Positions 14,949 through 17,591 of a DNA stretch of 17,591 bases are shown here, piece after piece (positions within the stretch are counted from its first letter, which is position 1; each line of letters begins with the position of its first letter). This DNA is from Gemmatimonadota bacterium (GTDB taxonomy: Bacteria > Gemmatimonadota > Gemmatimonadetes > Palauibacterales > Palauibacteraceae). The stretch is from positions 1 to 17,591 of the forward strand of contig JBHIAV010000053.1 of assembly GCA_046758745.1 (NCBI GenBank), given 5' to 3'. The translations under genes and the position numbers were made by a program. The notes under the pieces were generated by a model. It saw only the letters and a list, made by a program, of their open reading frames with translations. It searched no databases and was not told the origin of the DNA.

Positions 14949-17042
14949 TCAGGAGCGCGGCGTGCGCAGCAGGTGGGTAGCGGCTGCCGCGCCCTCGCCC
15001 TCGAAGCGCTTGAGTCCGTCGATCCGCCACAGGTCGCCTTCGATCTTCTGCCGGGTGAAGATGAGGGTCCGGCCGTCCGCGGAGAGGTGCAGGTAGTCTA
15101 TCCGCTCACTGGCCCCGGGATCGTACACGAGTCGCGGCTCGCCGCCGTCCAGCGGCACGGCCAGTACGAGCCGGTGATCGGCGAGGTAGACGACCGTGCG
15201 TCCGTCGGGTGACCAGAGTCCGTGGGCGTCCTGGCTCGGCTGGTCGGTCAAACGACGCGTCAAGCCGTCCGCAGGCCGCACCACGTAGATGTCCCGATCA
15301 CCCTCGGCCATGGAGGTGAAGAGAATCCACTGGCCGTCGGGTGACCAGCGGGCCGTATGCGCCGTGACCCCGATGTCGGTAACGCGACGCCGCTCGGACC
15401 CGTCGGCCGCCATCGTCCAGATCTCCTGGCGCCCCGTACGGTCGGACATGAAGGCGATCCGGTCGCCGTCCGGTGACCAGTAGGGATTGATGTCGTCGGC
15501 CGGGTCCTCGGAGAGACGGAGGGGTGCTCCGCCGGAGGCCGGAACCATCCAGATGTCCTCGTTCCCGGATCGATCCGAGAAGAACAGGATCCGAGAACCG
15601 TCCGGCGACCAGCTCGGCTGCATTTCGCGGCCGGGTTCCGAGGTCAGTCGGCGCGGGCTGTCGGACGGGGGTTCGAGGATCCAGAGGTCGGAAGTCCCGC
15701 CCCGGTCGGACACGAACACGAGGGTCTTCCCATCGGGTGAGAGGGCCGGCGCTACATCGTTCCACACCGCAGCCGACAGCGGGCGTGCCTCGCCGCGAGC
15801 CACGAGCCTCTCCGGATCCAGCTCCACGGTCCAAAGGTTCTCGAGGTAGCGCATCGACGCATACGCGAGCGTCGTCCCACCCGGCGCCACGGTGGGGTCC
15901 ACGTCGAACCCGGCTCCCGTCGTCAGCTGCACGGGCTCGCCCTGCACGTCCCCGGCGGATGGGTCGAACCCCACCATCCAGAGGTTCATGGCGCCCCCGC
16001 GGTCGGAGGCGAACACGATGGAGACATCGTCGATCCAGGCGGGTGTCAGGTCCCGCCATTCGGAGCGGGTGATCGAGACCGGCGTCCCGCCCTCCGCGGC
16101 CACGACCTGGATATCCACCGAGCTCCCGAGGCTGCCGGCCTGCCGCTCGTACACGATCCAGCGGCCGTTCGGTGACCAGCGCGGCCGGGTGTGCGCGGCG
16201 CCTTCCGATCGATCCGTGGATACCCTCCGGGCGTCCTCTCCCTCGGGGGTTGCCGTCCAGATCCGGCGGGGACCGTCGAGATCTCCGTCGAAGGCGATGC
16301 GACGCCCATCCGGGGACCAGTCAGGGTTGAAGCCGTTCTCCAGCACCCGCGACGGACTCCCCCCGAAGGCGGGGATGGTCCAGATGCCGCCGTTCAGTGA
16401 ATATCCGAATTGCACGCTCTGGTCGAGCCGCCGTCCGTAGTCACGCGAGCTGACGAACACGAGCCGCCTGCCGTCGGGCGACCAGGAGGGCTGCGAGTCG
16501 TCCCCCTCGTGGACGGTGGTGCGGAGCTCCTCGCCCTCGAGCAGTCGAACCCAGATGTCGCGATTGCCCGACCGATCCGACACGTAAGCCAGGCTACGGC
16601 CGTCCGGTGACCAGGCTGGCTCGGCCTCGAGGCCGGCGGCGGCAGTGAGGCGGGTCGTCGTGAGACCGGTCAGGACGCGGGCTCCGACCGAATCCCAAGC
16701 ACCCGCAGCTTCCCTCGTCCCGTCGGCGGGGCCGATCCCGGCGTTTCCACGGACCAGCGCGACGGCCGCCCCCGCGATGACAAGGATGCCGGTCAGCATC
16801 AACAGCTCCACACCACCCACGCGCTGCCGCCCCTTCTCGCCGTGGTACCAGGCGGCGACCAGAACTGCCAGCAGCCCGACGGCGAGAAGGATCGTGACAC
16901 TGCGGAGCAGGCTGAGCGGCCAACCGAACTGCTCTCCGAGCAAGCTCAGGAGCTGAAGGAGCAGCCAGGCCCCTCCGAGATATGCGAGGGTCCACTGGAC
17001 CAGCTTCCGCCGTCGCACGCGCTCGATCAGGGGAGGAGCCAT
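14949..17042 (-). CDS. Membrane-anchored TolB-like protein: 3 N-terminal TM helices plus 12 PD40 (WSPDG) repeats, i.e. two probable 6-bladed beta-propellers
   Basis: The N-terminus RRRKLVQWTLAYLGGAWLLLQ..FGWP..LLAVGLLAVLVAAWYHGEKGRQRV..VELLML is followed by twelve P.WSPDG..[ILV].[FY].S-type units. The ATG at 17042 was chosen because the upstream ORF extension is not protein-like. Confidence 0.85.
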   Translation of the reverse strand: MAPPLIERVRRRKLVQWTLAYLGGAWLLLQLLSLLGEQFGWPLSLLRSVTILLAVGLLAVLVAAWYHGEKGRQRVGGVELLMLTGILVIAGAAVALVRGNAGIGPADGTREAAGAWDSVGARVLTGLTTTRLTAAAGLEAEPAWSPDGRSLAYVSDRSGNRDIWVRLLEGEELRTTVHEGDDSQPSWSPDGRRLVFVSSRDYGRRLDQSVQFGYSLNGGIWTIPAFGGSPSRVLENGFNPDWSPDGRRIAFDGDLDGPRRIWTATPEGEDARRVSTDRSEGAAHTRPRWSPNGRWIVYERQAGSLGSSVDIQVVAAEGGTPVSITRSEWRDLTPAWIDDVSIVFASDRGGAMNLWMVGFDPSAGDVQGEPVQLTTGAGFDVDPTVAPGGTTLAYASMRYLENLWTVELDPERLVARGEARPLSAAVWNDVAPALSPDGKTLVFVSDRGGTSDLWILEPPSDSPRRLTSEPGREMQPSWSPDGSRILFFSDRSGNEDIWMVPASGGAPLRLSEDPADDINPYWSPDGDRIAFMSDRTGRQEIWTMAADGSERRRVTDIGVTAHTARWSPDGQWILFTSMAEGDRDIYVVRPADGLTRRLTDQPSQDAHGLWSPDGRTVVYLADHRLVLAVPLDGGEPRLVYDPGASERIDYLHLSADGRTLIFTRQKIEGDLWRIDGLKRFEGEGAAAATHLLRTPRS

Positions 17043-17320
17043 GAGATCCCGAAGAACTACGTTCGCAAACCGAACCAGGCAGCCATGGACTGGAAAATAC
17101 GCGCTCGTCCGTGTCGCGGCAGGCTCCCGGGCCGGCAGAACCGCACGCAGACCGAGCAGCAGGAGTGGTCCCTCTACGGCGGGATAGAATTCGGCTCCCG
17201 GCGGTTCGCGTTCGCGGTGGGTGCGGCGGGCCGGGCCAAGCGGATGCACATCATCCCTCCTCCGCCCACGATCCTGTCTACGTCACGCTGGCCGTGCCCG
17301 GCACCAAGACGGAGGCGAGC

Positions 17321-17489
17321 GAGGACGCCGGAGTGCCAGAAGTGCGGATTCAGCAGAGTCTCCGGCACGGCGATCCAAAGATGACCTCGGCGGTACACAA
17401 GGGCGCGGGATGTCGGTCAGGTGGCGGCCAACATGGACGAACTGCTGTTCGCGGACGCGACACCACGGACTGAGGTCGAGGAGGCATGA
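17321..17489 (+). pseudogene. Frameshifted C-terminal remnant of a tyrosine recombinase/phage integrase
   Basis: EDAGVPEVRIQQSLRHGDPKMT (17321-17386), one extra T at 17387, then RRYTRARDVGQVAANMDELLF...* (17388-17489). This reconstitutes the box II pattern G-x6-Q-x-L-[GR]-H-x5-T-x-x-Y. It ends about 50 nt from the tRNA 3' end. Confidence 0.6.
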
Positions 17490-17537
17490 GCCCCACGGTT
17501 CGTCCGAGGGTGTGGAAAAGCGAGGCTCGTAGCTCTA

Positions 17538-17591
17538 TGACCGGGCTGGGGATCGAACCCAGGACCTACGGATTAAAAGTCCGTTGCTCTA
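17538..17591 (-). tRNA. tRNA-Lys(UUU), 5' end truncated by the window edge; CCA not encoded
   Basis: The minus strand reads TAGAGCA-ACGGA-CTTTTAA-TCCGT-AGGTC-CTGGG-TTCGATC-CCCAG-CCCGGTC-A: anticodon arm with TTT, T-arm, acceptor 3' strand and discriminator A. Confidence 0.93.

Noticed and set aside
14949-16700. Recurring GGTGACCAG/GGCGACCAG DNA motifs as a repeat array or CRISPR
   Set aside because: They encode the WSP of the PD40 protein repeats and are not spacer-separated identical repeats.
17172-17222. LYGGIEFGSRRFAFAVG, resembling the N-terminus of ROK/fructokinase proteins
   Set aside because: Only 17 aa, the key GGTK motif is not preserved, and there is no continuation. It could be chance.
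17043-17249. N-terminal extension of the PD40 ORF
   Set aside because: Not protein-like. The recognisable membrane module begins right after the ATG at 17042.

Overview
High-GC bacterial window. The host is possibly Gemmatimonadota or Acidobacteriota, inferred only from the style of the membrane-anchored PD40 protein. The core is a minus-strand, largely translationally coupled cluster (9587 down to 830) for a Tat-exported type II DMSO-reductase-family molybdoenzyme of the periplasmic Nitrospira/Nitrospina/anammox NXR(NAR) type. Gene order: alpha subunit, 92-aa unknown ORF, Fe-S beta subunit, TorD/DmsD chaperone, gamma-like subunit (diheme cytochrome c fused to an EbdC-like heme-b domain), MOSC protein, and a secreted unknown protein. 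Divergently transcribed are a 7xCxxCH multiheme cytochrome c lipoprotein and a coupled TlpA/ResA thioredoxin. To the right lie an MscS/YbdG-like channel, a 3-TM protein with 12 PD40 repeats, a frameshifted tyrosine-integrase C-terminal remnant, and the 3' part of tRNA-Lys(UUU). No quinol-interacting membrane subunit is visible. The direction of catalysis (nitrite oxidation versus nitrate reduction) cannot be determined from sequence alone.
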